From a virus, in the IMG/VR virus record IMGVR_UViG_3300010371_000030, positions 32,001-96,000 of that record: a stretch of 64,000 nt of DNA; one strand, 5' to 3'. The position numbers and the translations under genes were made by a program. The notes under the pieces were generated by a model that was not told the DNA's origin, ran no database searches, and saw only the letters and a list, made by a program, of their open reading frames with translations. Below are positions 36,764 to 46,436 of this stretch, one piece after another. Positions within the stretch are counted from its first letter, which is position 1. Each line of letters begins with the position of its first letter.

Positions 36764-38244
36764 CAGATCAACCCCGGCTCTTTGTCCCTTGTTCGACGTC
36801 GCTTGCCGAGCTTACTAGCCAGCACGGCCAAGTCAAAAGCGTCGAACAGATCATCGTGTTGATGATTTGGGAAGAGCACGAGGTGTTCGATCAGGAGCAA
36901 CTGTGACTCCCTGAAAAACATCTTCTTTTCCTCGAACAGCGAGGACAGCTTCCAAGCCCGAGTCACCTTGTCCTTGTCGGTGATAACCGGGCGAAGCCTG
37001 ATGTCTGGGTCGGTGTCCTTGAGCGTTTGGTATTGGGCCGCTTGATACGCGTTGGTCTCAATCGCGATACGGATTGGGTCCCAACGCTTCGCATACTCCT
37101 TGATCTTGGCCGTTTGGGCGCCGAACCTCAGTTGGTCCTCGTAATGGTCCAAGACATAGAACGCAGTGCGGTCCTTGTTGACGCCAATCACCACGATGGC
37201 GAACTTGTCGTTGGTTTCATCTTCTCCAATCGCCAAGTCGACGCCCATGAACACCTGAAGTCCCTGGGCGTCAGGCCATTCCGTGTCGGGAACGCGCTGG
37301 CAATCGTCGTACTGGAAGATTTCACCCTTCATGGCGTCAGTATCATTCTGATACTGGGCGTTGAAGATGATCAGGCCGCTCTTCTCTCGCTTCGCCGTGA
37401 ACCACTTGGGCGGATACTTCTCGGGCCACGGCGACCGACCGAGTTCATCCAGCGCCTTGATGATATGCACGTGGTTCTTGAGCTCGTGAGAGATCAAGTG
37501 CCCATAGTAGTCCAGGTGGTGATAACGCGTCCCAAGCCGATGACGCTCACCGCGGTGCGGCACCTTCGGGTCAGGCGGCTCCAGCGTCGGGTCCAGCGTG
37601 GTATACGCCCAAGACACCAGCTTGTCGCGCTGGTGCTGCGTACGGCTGTTCTCCTCATCGACAATGTCATCCTCGATGATGACATCGTAATGCTTGGACA
37701 CGATGGTTCCGTCAGCCCCGACGCACGTGATGGAAGCCTCCTTGTTAGGGCTCCGCCGGGGCAGGACCTCAATCTCACGATTGTCCCACTTGGTGACCTT
37801 GCGAGCATCGTAGTACTGGCCGAACACCTCGGCCAGACGTTCGTTCTGCTCAAAGTGTTTCTTGATACCACGCAAGAATCCCTCCGCGTTCTGCGCCGTC
37901 TTGGAGGCGATCAGGATACGCAGGTTTGGATCCTTGAGAAGTAGATGAATACACTTCGTTTCCGTACAGAGCGTGGACTTGCCCGCTCCTCGGAAGATCA
38001 GCTGTAGGTTGTCGGGGTGGGCGAACTGCCACTTGAGCATGGCCACGTGGAACGGCATCACCGTCAGGCCAAGCACCGCCGCCGCCAGGATATCAATGCG
38101 ATTGTTCTGGATGACTTGCCGTCGAATCCACTCGTTGTTCATCGAGCGGCAACGGCGGTAATACTCCACCAGTTCGCCGTGGTCGGCTACTGCCAGCGCG
38201 CTGGCAGATAGCATGCCCGGCGAGGCGGCCTTGGCCGGGACCAT
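36763..38244 (-). CDS. terL: Terminase large subunit
   Basis: RGAGKST Walker A, IIEDDIVD Walker B, GTRYH, FNAQYQN, MGVDLA, IETNAYQ, HDDLFDA. Confidence 0.95.
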   Translation of the reverse strand: MVPAKAASPGMLSASALAVADHGELVEYYRRCRSMNNEWIRRQVIQNNRIDILAAAVLGLTVMPFHVAMLKWQFAHPDNLQLIFRGAGKSTLCTETKCIHLLLKDPNLRILIASKTAQNAEGFLRGIKKHFEQNERLAEVFGQYYDARKVTKWDNREIEVLPRRSPNKEASITCVGADGTIVSKHYDVIIEDDIVDEENSRTQHQRDKLVSWAYTTLDPTLEPPDPKVPHRGERHRLGTRYHHLDYYGHLISHELKNHVHIIKALDELGRSPWPEKYPPKWFTAKREKSGLIIFNAQYQNDTDAMKGEIFQYDDCQRVPDTEWPDAQGLQVFMGVDLAIGEDETNDKFAIVVIGVNKDRTAFYVLDHYEDQLRFGAQTAKIKEYAKRWDPIRIAIETNAYQAAQYQTLKDTDPDIRLRPVITDKDKVTRAWKLSSLFEEKKMFFRESQLLLIEHLVLFPNHQHDDLFDAFDLAVLASKLGKRRRTRDKEPGLI

Positions 38245-38253
38245 GGCCGACGC

Positions 38254-38685
38254 TCAGGCCGTCTCGACGGCGTGGGAAGCGCTGACGAAGAAAGCCACGC
38301 CCTGACCGGACGAAGGCGCGTTCTTGAGCAGGACGATGAAAGGCATCTCGTCCATCTCCACGTTGATCTGGAAAGCCTTGCCGGCCCCCGCGCCCGGATC
38401 GCCCTGCGCGTCCCAGCTGCTGTTCAGCACGTACAGCTTGGCGTACGGATTCCAGACGTAGATGTCGAAGGCGCCATCGCTGTTTCCGAGCCCGACTGGA
38501 ACGCTCGGCCAGTCGGACGGATCGGGCGGCGGATCGTCGGTGTTGATCGGGATGGCTTGGATGGTGGCGTAACGGAAGCCCACCATGTTGACGGCCAGCG
38601 TGTTGTCCGTGAAGGTGGTGGGATCATCCGCGGCGGTCGCCACGCGATGAAGGGACAGCGTGCCTTTGGTTGCCGGACTCTGCAT
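38254..38685 (-). CDS. Hypothetical protein
   Basis: 143-aa beta-rich ORF with GAGG RBS. Confidence 0.6.
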   Translation of the reverse strand: MQSPATKGTLSLHRVATAADDPTTFTDNTLAVNMVGFRYATIQAIPINTDDPPPDPSDWPSVPVGLGNSDGAFDIYVWNPYAKLYVLNSSWDAQGDPGAGAGKAFQINVEMDEMPFIVLLKNAPSSGQGVAFFVSASHAVETA

Positions 38686-38709
38686 GGTTCCCTCGCGTCC
38701 AGAGGAGTC

Positions 38710-38734
38710 GGGCGCTGGCCCGTCGCCAGCGCCC
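38710..38734. promoter_or_regulatory. Intergenic hairpin
   Basis: GGGCGCTGGC/GCCAGCGCCC perfect 10-bp stem. Confidence 0.45.
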
Positions 38735-38747
38735 TACCAGCCGCCGC

Positions 38748-39083
38748 TCACTCCTCGGCCCACCAGTAGACGACGTGGTTGGAGCCCGGGTTGAGGTCGC
38801 TGTCGGTGCCGACCACGAACTGATCGTTGACGCCGGGCGACGGCGACGCGCTCTGGCTCGCCGACACCGTGATGCCGGAAGCACCCGTGATGACCGAGCC
38901 CGTGCCGCCCGCGGTGCGCTTGAAGGTGGTGTTGGTGGACGACATCGCGTCCTGGTATTCGCCCTCCGCTCCGGTGTCGACCTTCAGCGTGACCCTGGTC
39001 GCCGGGAAGCCCAGCTGGACCGTTCGCGCCGTCCCGTCGCTCTGGAAAGACCCCGACAGTGCCTGCCTGTATCCGCTCGCCAT
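38748..39083 (-). CDS. Small beta-rich protein, possibly virion decoration
   Basis: GSFQSDGTARTVQLGFP...FVVGTDSDLN...YWWAE; GGAG RBS. Confidence 0.55.
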   Translation of the reverse strand: MASGYRQALSGSFQSDGTARTVQLGFPATRVTLKVDTGAEGEYQDAMSSTNTTFKRTAGGTGSVITGASGITVSASQSASPSPGVNDQFVVGTDSDLNPGSNHVVYWWAEE

Positions 39084-39157
39084 GTGCGCTCTCCGTTGTC
39101 GATGCGGCCTTGCCGCTGCTTTCGACTTCAGAGCCTACGCCGGAGCGGCCGGGGTGC

Positions 39158-39886
39158 CTAGCGCGCTGGCTTGACGGGCGGCTTGGGCGCCGGCTTGGCT
39201 GGCATAGCCGTCGCCTTCTTGCGCACGACGATTGGCGCCTTGGCGACGGGCGGAGGGGGCGGCGCGGGCTCGGGCTCCTCCACGGCCAGAAGGGCTTCGT
39301 CATCCTCTTCCACGGCGTCGATCAAGCCAGGGCCGCGGTGGAGCGGTCCAGTCTCGACTCTGGACATGTCCACGTCACCGAACTTGGACATCAGTTCCGC
39401 TGTACTGCCGGTCATCTCGGCAATCTCTTTGCGCAGCTCATCGTCGGTCAGGCCTGCCACGCCTTTGGTTCCAACGGTAGTATCGGTTGGAGCGGAGCCT
39501 TGCTGTGTCTTGCGGAAGATACCCAGGTCAAAACCACGCTCCAGCACGCGGTCCGTAATGTCCACACGAAGTCGAATGGCACCAACGAAAGCGTTGTAGT
39601 GCGCTTTGCCGCTACCGCCCGAGCTGGCCGGATCCAGCTTGGTAAGCAGATTGTCCACCAACCTCAGGTTGTGCTTCTGATCGAGCAGGTACTCCACATA
39701 CACGTGCTCGCGCGACTTGCCACGGAAGTCGGCCGCCTTGGCCTCCAGCATGAAGCGTTTAGCTTCCGCAAACGCTTCGGCATCCAGTCCCAGCGTCGCC
39801 ATGATAACGTCGTCGGACTCGCCCGCGATCCAAGCCTCGATGATGGTAGCAGCCAGCTCCACCTTCTCTGCTTTGCTGAGCGCCAT
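39158..39886 (-). CDS. Candidate terminase small subunit
   Basis: N-terminal HTH-like region (GESDDVIMATLGL), helical core, GLTDDELR; close upstream of terL. Confidence 0.5.
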   Translation of the reverse strand: MALSKAEKVELAATIIEAWIAGESDDVIMATLGLDAEAFAEAKRFMLEAKAADFRGKSREHVYVEYLLDQKHNLRLVDNLLTKLDPASSGGSGKAHYNAFVGAIRLRVDITDRVLERGFDLGIFRKTQQGSAPTDTTVGTKGVAGLTDDELRKEIAEMTGSTAELMSKFGDVDMSRVETGPLHRGPGLIDAVEEDDEALLAVEEPEPAPPPPPVAKAPIVVRKKATAMPAKPAPKPPVKPAR

Positions 39887-39887
39887 T

Positions 39888-40382
39888 TCAATCCTCGGCC
39901 GCCTCGATGGCGAGATGTGGCGGAAGCGTCTGTGCGTCTGCCAAAGCCAAAAGCTGGTCCAACTCCGCGGGCTTCAGCTTGTATTGTTTGGCGGCCATCA
40001 GATTGCTCCCCGAAGTCAGAAGCATACGCTGAACCCGTGCGGCCATCAGCGCCCGGCCATCCCGAATCGCTCGGGCCACCATCGACTCCGACAGTCCCAG
40101 ATCATTAGCAATCTTCAGATTGGACTTGTCGGGATGCGCGCGTTTGACGGCATACACCTTGTCCCGAAGCGCCCGGGTGTACTTGGTCTCTCGCTGTGGT
40201 AGCACACGCCCTTTGGAAGCTAGAACATGTTTCCAAGTCAACCCGGCCGCTACCTTGTAGACCAGGTTGTATGGCTTTCGTAGCTCACGCGCCAAGTCGG
40301 CGGGCGTCCTGCCTTGCAAGACCGCCTGCTTGATGTACTTGGCTTCGCGCTCGGTGATGTCGGCTTGAACTGGCGAAGGCAT
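39888..40382 (-). CDS. Multi-HTH DNA-binding protein
   Basis: TPADLARELRKPYNLVYKVAAGLTWKHV and SNLKIANDLGLSESMVARAI. Confidence 0.7.
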   Translation of the reverse strand: MPSPVQADITEREAKYIKQAVLQGRTPADLARELRKPYNLVYKVAAGLTWKHVLASKGRVLPQRETKYTRALRDKVYAVKRAHPDKSNLKIANDLGLSESMVARAIRDGRALMAARVQRMLLTSGSNLMAAKQYKLKPAELDQLLALADAQTLPPHLAIEAAED

Positions 40383-40398
40383 GACCCGTCCCGGAGCG

Positions 40399-40842
40399 TT
40401 ACCGCCCCGCGGGCTCGGGCGATGGCTTGATCGAACGCTTGGCCGCGCGCACATGAGCACGTGCGGCGCGCTCCACGGAAACGACAGCCATCCGAAGGTC
40501 ACCACGCTTGCGCTTCAGCTTGAAGCACGCATCATAGATGAACAACGTGGCAGTCCACCGACGCTGCCCGACGGTACGGCACACCAGAAGCCGAAAGATG
40601 CCCCGTTGTGCGGCGTATTCCACGCCGGTGTCGTACACTCGCTCCTGGACCGGAGCGCCCAGGAACAAGAGCGGAGCGACTTGGTAGACCACGGACATGC
40701 CGCGGTAGCGCGGCATCCGAGACGCCATGTTCTTGGCTGCTCGCGCCGTAGACATCGTCACGTAGTACCCCGCCGCGTTCGCCGTGACGTCGAGCACCGC
40801 CCTGTTCCGCTTCAGCAACGCTCTCAGATCATCGCCCAGCAT
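40399..40842 (-). CDS. Hypothetical protein
   Basis: 147-aa ORF with GAGG RBS. Confidence 0.55.
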   Translation of the reverse strand: MLGDDLRALLKRNRAVLDVTANAAGYYVTMSTARAAKNMASRMPRYRGMSVVYQVAPLLFLGAPVQERVYDTGVEYAAQRGIFRLLVCRTVGQRRWTATLFIYDACFKLKRKRGDLRMAVVSVERAARAHVRAAKRSIKPSPEPAGR

Positions 40843-40949
40843 GTTATGCCCTCGCCTGCCCCCGTTGATCGTACGTGGCAGAGACGCTCGCCCTGGACCG
40901 TCGCTTGGACAGCGGAACGCGAGCAGCTTCCTGCCTGGGCCCGGTGTGA

Positions 40950-40995
40950 AGAAAGTGGAACGGCTTCGCCCCCATCCGGTGAAGGGCGAAGCCGT
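40950..40995 (-). terminator. Intrinsic terminator
   Basis: 12-bp stem ACGGCTTCGCCC/GGGCGAAGCCGT followed on the minus strand by TCCACTTTCTT. Confidence 0.6.
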
Positions 40996-41022
40996 CCAAG
41001 GTACATCGAGGTGGCGGTGTGA

Positions 41023-41331
41023 TCAGCGCCGCGCGGCGGCGGCCGGGGTGGCGGCCGGGGCGCCGGCACCAGGATCGGTGTCGAGCTGCTGGGCGAGGGC
41101 GACGAGCGCCTGGATGTCCGTGTCGAGCTTGGCGTGCGCGGCCACCAGGGCGTCGTGGGCCTGCTGCGCGGCGGTGGAGGCGGCGGTGTAGGCGGCCATC
41201 TTGCTGGTGGCGTCGGACCAGTCGGCCTGGACGGTGGTGGCCAGGTCGGACAGCGACGGCGTGCTGGAAGCGGGCGGAGCGGCCGGGGTGTCTGCCGCGG
41301 GTGGTGCCTGGGTCGGGTCGGTCGTGCTCAT
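41023..41331 (-). CDS. Ala/Thr-rich coiled-coil protein (nested in-frame start)
   Basis: AAAGGAG RBS before ATG at 41331; composition switches abruptly at this point. Confidence 0.65.
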   Translation of the reverse strand: MSTTDPTQAPPAADTPAAPPASSTPSLSDLATTVQADWSDATSKMAAYTAASTAAQQAHDALVAAHAKLDTDIQALVALAQQLDTDPGAGAPAATPAAAARR

Positions 41332-41823
41332 GGGCGAATCTCCTTTGGTCTGGCTTCCCTGTTCGGGCGAAGCGCAAGGATACCCTACCACAGGCGCGCC
41401 AAATGGGCTGAGCTCGATGCAGAGTCGGCGCGCCAACTCCGACACGCGGCTGTCGGGCCGATAGCTCTCACCGAACACCACGCGCTTGATGCCCACGTTG
41501 ACGATTGCCTTGAAGCACTGCCAACAGGGCATAGCAGTCACATAGATGTCGGCACCATCGACTCTGACGCCGTTCCGAGCGGCCAGGATGATCGCATTCC
41601 ACTCCGCGTGATTGACACGGACGCAATGCCCATCCTCCATCATGTGTCCGTGTTCGTCACAGTGTAGGTCGCCCCGAACGGCGCCGTTGTATCCAGTCGA
41701 CAGGATGGCCTTGTCGCGAACGATGACCGCCCCCACGTGCTTCCGGTCGCACGTCGCTCGGGTGGAAGCCGCGACGGCCATGTACATGAAGTATTGGTCC
41801 CAGCCAGAACGCGCCACGACCAC
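41023..41823 (-). CDS. dCMP deaminase (ComEB-like), in frame with a downstream Ala-rich ORF
   Basis: RATCDRKHVGAVI, TGYNG, HAEWNAI, PCWQC. Confidence 0.9.
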   Translation of the reverse strand: MVVARSGWDQYFMYMAVAASTRATCDRKHVGAVIVRDKAILSTGYNGAVRGDLHCDEHGHMMEDGHCVRVNHAEWNAIILAARNGVRVDGADIYVTAMPCWQCFKAIVNVGIKRVVFGESYRPDSRVSELARRLCIELSPFGAPVVGYPCASPEQGSQTKGDSPMSTTDPTQAPPAADTPAAPPASSTPSLSDLATTVQADWSDATSKMAAYTAASTAAQQAHDALVAAHAKLDTDIQALVALAQQLDTDPGAGAPAATPAAAARR

Positions 41824-41826
41824 GCC

Positions 41827-42000
41827 TCACTTCTTGGAAAGCTTGGAGATGTTGGTGTGAACTTCACGACCGTCACGAAGCACGTGGACGTTGCCGCCCT
41901 TGTCCGGCTCGGTGAGCACCTTGACATCGACAGCCTTGCCGGCTCCGAGGTCCATCCTGACGATCTTGTCTTTGTGGTCGATGACTTGCTGTCTTCGCAT
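41827..42000 (-). CDS. 57-aa hypothetical protein
   Basis: Below the track cutoff: MRRQQVIDHKDKIVRMDLGAGKAVDVKVLTEPDKGGNVHVLRDGREVHTNISKLSKK. Confidence 0.55.
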   Translation of the reverse strand: MRRQQVIDHKDKIVRMDLGAGKAVDVKVLTEPDKGGNVHVLRDGREVHTNISKLSKK

Positions 42001-42038
42001 GATTGGCTCGCTACAGCGACCGGGCGAGCCTACGCTGA

Positions 42039-42362
42039 TCAGTGCTTCTGGTCATCGGGCGGCATGGGCTCGCCTTCGGCCGCCGCCTCGTTGGCGACTT
42101 CACCGATGTCTCTGGCCATGCGCGCGGCGGCCGACTTCCACTTGGCTTGCTCTTGGAGGCTCATGATGAGCCACACATTCATGATGATCTCGCGATCAGC
42201 CGCCGTCGTCGCGCCGCTGGCGATGATCAGCGCCTCCACGCGATTCACGACCGCATCGATCCACTCCGCCGTCGTGCGCTTCTCTTCACGCGTCGACAGC
42301 GCCATCTGCGCCTCCTGAATCATCGTCCAAATGTTGGCCGCGTCATCCATGTTCAGCTTCAT
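42039..42362 (-). CDS. Hypothetical protein
   Basis: 107 aa with GAGGAG RBS. Confidence 0.6.
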   Translation of the reverse strand: MKLNMDDAANIWTMIQEAQMALSTREEKRTTAEWIDAVVNRVEALIIASGATTAADREIIMNVWLIMSLQEQAKWKSAAARMARDIGEVANEAAAEGEPMPPDDQKH

Positions 42363-43132
42363 CAGATCTGCTCCTCTCGTACACGTCTCATCCAGCGTTC
42401 TCTATCGTCATCGTCATACTCTGGATACATCTTCAGCAGTCGGCAAAGACACACGCCGCGCGCCTCCAGGTCGCGCCTCATCGGACCGTTGTTCCACGCC
42501 AAGATACAGATGTTGCGCACCATCTCAGTCGCGCCTTGAGGAGTGATCATGTTCCTGGACATGGCGTAGTCGACCAGTCGATGGTGCGGTGGTCCGTGGT
42601 TCGTTCGTACCGTGATGTGCTCCATCGAGCGCCCGTGCTCCAGATAGCGATGTGGCGTCGTCGTGCCCCAAGTCCATTTGATGTCGTCGTGGACGAAGCC
42701 AAACTCCAGCAGACGAGTCCTGACGTACTCCCTGAATCCACGCACCATCAACACTGCATCCCAAAGCTGAAGCGGCGCCGCTCTCAGGCTAGTCTCGATG
42801 GCATCCAGTTGCTCGCCACGCACCCTGATCTCTTTGTCGACCGAACGCACCAACCCATCGACAGTTCGATTGACAATCTCCAACGTGCGTGACGTCGCCG
42901 GTCGGCAATCCGGGGCGAGCCCGAGTGCGCGTCTGACCTTGGTCATCTTGACGTTGGCAGTCTGCGAGATGAGCTTGAGATCCCGCATGACACGGGCTCG
43001 TGCCTCCATCGACGGCTCACGCGACTTGTAAGGCTTCGCCCGCTCGAAAGTACGAATGAGATCAGTTGCCATTATCGTCCTCACGAAGGTCGAATGGTCG
43101 CTGTGGGTTAGTTTCAGGGTCGAACAATCCAT
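42362..43132 (-). CDS. Hypothetical protein
   Basis: 256-aa ORF; start probably at the internal MATDL. Confidence 0.55.
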   Translation of the reverse strand: MDCSTLKLTHSDHSTFVRTIMATDLIRTFERAKPYKSREPSMEARARVMRDLKLISQTANVKMTKVRRALGLAPDCRPATSRTLEIVNRTVDGLVRSVDKEIRVRGEQLDAIETSLRAAPLQLWDAVLMVRGFREYVRTRLLEFGFVHDDIKWTWGTTTPHRYLEHGRSMEHITVRTNHGPPHHRLVDYAMSRNMITPQGATEMVRNICILAWNNGPMRRDLEARGVCLCRLLKMYPEYDDDDRERWMRRVREEQI

Positions 43133-43633
43133 CGTAGTCGCCTCTGTCGATGTCGATGAACTTGTCCTCCCATCCGGAGCGAAGGCGCAACGCGTACTGC
43201 TGGGTGGAGCAGCTCCAGGTGATGGTAATCACCGCCCACTTCCTGCCTTCGTACTCAATCACCGGGAAACCAACCCACATCGGCGTACGCCTCCGGCCGT
43301 TGGATACCGGGGCGCGCCTCGGCTAGCTGGCGCTTGGATCGCTCTTGCCTTGCCGACATGCCGGCGCCGACTCGCTACGCTCGTCTGGAGTAGAGACTTC
43401 GTTACTTTGTAAGATCCCCTATAAGTGCGCACCATATGCCTTGTCTGGACGGCAAGCGTGCCAGAATCTTCCAAGGCAGGTCGCGTCTGCTGCCCCGTAG
43501 GGGCAGCACCCCTTTTGCCGTTGTGCCCTTTCGGCGTCGCCCGGCCTGTCAGATCCAGCACGTATGTAATGCTACAGGGAATTCCACTTTGTGCCCGTCG
43601 GACGTCAAAACCACAAACGGACATGTGGAGCGG

Positions 43634-43713
43634 CTGGGAAAGTCCGACTGGACCCCTGGGAAAGTCCGAATCCTGGCCTGGGAAAGTCCGAATCCTGGCC
43701 TGGGAAAGTCCGA
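43634..43713. repeat. Iteron array 2: four copies of CTGGGAAAGTCCGA at 22-bp period, intergenic
   Basis: Copies start at 43634, 43656, 43678 and 43700; same orientation and largely the same spacers as 2311-2390. Confidence 0.88.
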
Positions 43714-43980
43714 CTGACACAACTTTCGTGTCGCGGAACGATGTGTCTACGCCTTGAGGCGAGGCGGCCGCAGCCCGGACAGGGAGGCGAGCTTGAACGG
43801 CCGGATGGCGCCAGGGCCGGGGCGGCGGCCATTGGGGTTGATCTCTCGGAGCGTCCGAGCCGTGGCCGCAGCGGCTGCCGACTGTTGGAAGTGTCCGTGG
43901 GCGTGGTGACGGCGTGCTTCCTGTTCCATCGTCTCGGCCAAGTCCAGATGGATAGGGATCTGTTTGTCCACGTTCGCCTC

Positions 43981-44865
43981 CTACGCGGTCGGAGCTGCCG
44001 GGATCAGCCCGAGGAGCAGCGAGACGTTCACCTTGTTCCGAGCGGTCCACGCGACGTTTCCGCGTGCGGGGATGACACACTCCGTCGCAGCGGTAGCCCA
44101 ATCCCTCGCCCGGACGGCGGTGGTGAACTTCGGCCACGTGCGCGGGAAGCCCGCGCCGAGAGCCCAAGCCATGGACATGATCGCGCGTTGCGCCGCCTCC
44201 GGCAAGCTCGCCAGGTCCGGGAAGAATCCCAGGAGCACCTCTGCGTCCTGATCGAAGCGCTTGAGGCACTCATTGTCGATGTCGCGATCATCGAGGTACA
44301 GCGCGCCCGGCACGTGGTAGTACGTCGCCAGCTCGCCCTTCTTCATCGAATGGACGCGATTCCACTCGATGGTGATCTGTTCGTCGGTCGCCAACCCTTG
44401 ATCGGTCGGCCGACGCCAGTTGTAGGACATCGCCGCCTGTGCCGTGAGCAGAAGGAAGCCGATGCCCGTGGTGACGTACCCTTCGACATCCAGGTACATC
44501 TCGTGCTCGCGCCCTTCCCACTTTGCGTTCCAGTCCAGCCAGTCGTTACGGACCGCGGGGCACGGGTTGGAAGCGGGCTTGATCGCCAACGCGCGCTCGA
44601 TGGCGGGGCGAACGTCGATGGCCGGGCGGCCGGGCGCGAGGCGTTCCATCGCCCTCTTCAGCTCTTCGCAGCGTTCGATGGCCTCATCGCGCTGCGCCGT
44701 ACGCTCGCCCACGCGCTCTGCGAGGGCCAAGTTGGACCTGACCGCCGCCGCTCGGTCGCTCTCCAGAGTCCTGACCTCTCGTCTCAGCTCCACCACCAGC
44801 TCGGACTCGGCCGGCCGAGGCGAGCGCCTGAGGAAGTCGTGTAGAAAGTTGCGCATGGCTCCCAT
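43981..44865 (-). CDS. GH24-type lysozyme (endolysin candidate) with N-terminal coiled coil
   Basis: WEGREHEMYLDVEGYVTTGIG (E-x8-D-x5-T), LPEAAQRAIMSMAWALG, WPKFTTAVRARDWATAATE, RN. Confidence 0.85.
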   Translation of the reverse strand: MGAMRNFLHDFLRRSPRPAESELVVELRREVRTLESDRAAAVRSNLALAERVGERTAQRDEAIERCEELKRAMERLAPGRPAIDVRPAIERALAIKPASNPCPAVRNDWLDWNAKWEGREHEMYLDVEGYVTTGIGFLLLTAQAAMSYNWRRPTDQGLATDEQITIEWNRVHSMKKGELATYYHVPGALYLDDRDIDNECLKRFDQDAEVLLGFFPDLASLPEAAQRAIMSMAWALGAGFPRTWPKFTTAVRARDWATAATECVIPARGNVAWTARNKVNVSLLLGLIPAAPTA

Positions 44866-44880
44866 TGGTTTGCCCTCCGA

Positions 44881-45495
44881 CTATCGGGTGGTGCGGACGA
44901 TCAGGAGCAGGTTCAAGAGCGCTGCCGCCTCGGTCGCCGCCTCGATGTAGTCCTTGTTGCTCTTGCCCGCCGCTCTGTCGAGCCTGTCCAGAGCCTTGCG
45001 GGCGTCTCGACGCATCGTCTGGGTGTTGAGCACGGTGTTGTAGCGCACCATCAGCGTCGCCATCATCGGCCCGATCAACGCGCTGGCGACATAGTGCGCG
45101 TCGATGGTGATGCTCGCGTCGATGTTGCGCTTGGCCTTGACGGCGCTCTCCATCGCCCTCGGGTTGTCCTTGATCGCTTCGTCCGCCTCCGCCCGGATGG
45201 TAGCCCACTGTTCGCACGTGAGCCCTTCCGGAGCGCCGCACCCCTCGCAGATGCCCGTCTGGACGGAGCGCGTGTGTGCCACCGGCTTGTCCGGAACGGC
45301 GCTCCACTCGCCCGGTTGCTCCATCAGCCCCGGGGCGCACGGGACGCGTTGGACGATGGAAGGGATGGGCGACCAGCAGGACATCATCTGTCCCTCCGCC
45401 TCATTCCACTCCACGTATACTTGAGCGTGGAAGTCCTCACGACGGACCTTCTGCCCCGTCGCCATCGCGTGCATCTGTGCTTCCATTCCGTTCAT
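44881..45495 (-). CDS. Hypothetical protein
   Basis: AMATGQKVRR..., CEGC motif. Confidence 0.5.
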   Translation of the reverse strand: MNGMEAQMHAMATGQKVRREDFHAQVYVEWNEAEGQMMSCWSPIPSIVQRVPCAPGLMEQPGEWSAVPDKPVAHTRSVQTGICEGCGAPEGLTCEQWATIRAEADEAIKDNPRAMESAVKAKRNIDASITIDAHYVASALIGPMMATLMVRYNTVLNTQTMRRDARKALDRLDRAAGKSNKDYIEAATEAAALLNLLLIVRTTR

Positions 45496-45710
45496 CGTCC
45501 CATCTCCCTTCGGGCACTTCATCCATGTGCCCATACCATCTCGGTTGATCATACCAAGGGCCATCCAGCAGCGTTGGAGCGCAGCGCCGAAAGCCCACGA
45601 GCGGTTGGACGCCGATGCCCATAGGCGTACCGACCCACCATCCAGGCGAGCACTCTCGCAACCAGCGAACACTCACCATCGGCCCGAAGCATCGAGCCGG
45701 GCGGGCCCCG

Positions 45711-46436
45711 TCAGGGTCGCACTGTAGCAACACGCTTGTGCTTCTCCTTGTAGTCGAGGTGCCCGACCTTCCGGCGCAGAACAGGATCCCAGAAACCCCA
45801 ACTGTTCTTGTACACGCCGGTTGCGAGGAGACTCCAGCACGCGCCCGACTCCAGCTTGTCGATGCGATGGAACTGCCCCGCTTCCATCCTGTATACGTCA
45901 CCGGGACGGCGCGTGATCGGGTTGGGGATGGTCTTGTAGGCGGGGCCCCAATCGTGGTGGTTATCCTTGTCGTCGCCCGCGCCACAGTACTTCTGCCTAG
46001 GCATCTGGTCTCCGAATCGGCCGCACTTGCCGCATCGAGTCCCGCTCTCCACGACGTCGTACTGCCAGTCCACGTATGTGTTGACGAGACGAAGCACCGT
46101 ACAGTCCCATGGATGATCGTGCGGGTCGTCATCGACGTCGGCCCGATGGATGTGATCGAGGTAGATGTGTCCACCGCCGTGTGGAGCGCCGCGACACTCG
46201 ATGAGCGTGTAGCGCGTCATGTACACGGAGTTGTCCGAGCCCGTGAACGTGGTCGACCGCAGACCGCCGTCGTACACGCCAACGATGTACGACAGGAACG
46301 CGTTGATGTCGCGCTCCTCCCTGTTCTGGCCGAGCCAATGAACGTCCGAGAAGGCTCCGTCCAAGATGGTCGACAGCAACGGAACGTTCACCAGCTCATC
46401 CAACGTGGGATCAACAATCACCATCTCATCCTCCAT
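45711..46436 (-). CDS. Cupin-like hypothetical protein with Cys-rich insert
   Basis: YLDHIHRADVDDDPHDHPW and FHRID...WSLLATG...WGFW. Confidence 0.6.
   Translation of the reverse strand: MEDEMVIVDPTLDELVNVPLLSTILDGAFSDVHWLGQNREERDINAFLSYIVGVYDGGLRSTTFTGSDNSVYMTRYTLIECRGAPHGGGHIYLDHIHRADVDDDPHDHPWDCTVLRLVNTYVDWQYDVVESGTRCGKCGRFGDQMPRQKYCGAGDDKDNHHDWGPAYKTIPNPITRRPGDVYRMEAGQFHRIDKLESGACWSLLATGVYKNSWGFWDPVLRRKVGHLDYKEKHKRVATVRP

Noticed and set aside
36763-38244. Intein or intron in the terminase
   Set aside because: Normal length with contiguous motifs and no splice-junction signatures.
43259-44269. 336-aa ORF sharing VSVGLSQ/RTFPGQDSDFPRGPVGLSQ with the initiator
   Set aside because: The similarity is only the translated iteron DNA; the rest is an off-frame overlap with the lysozyme gene.
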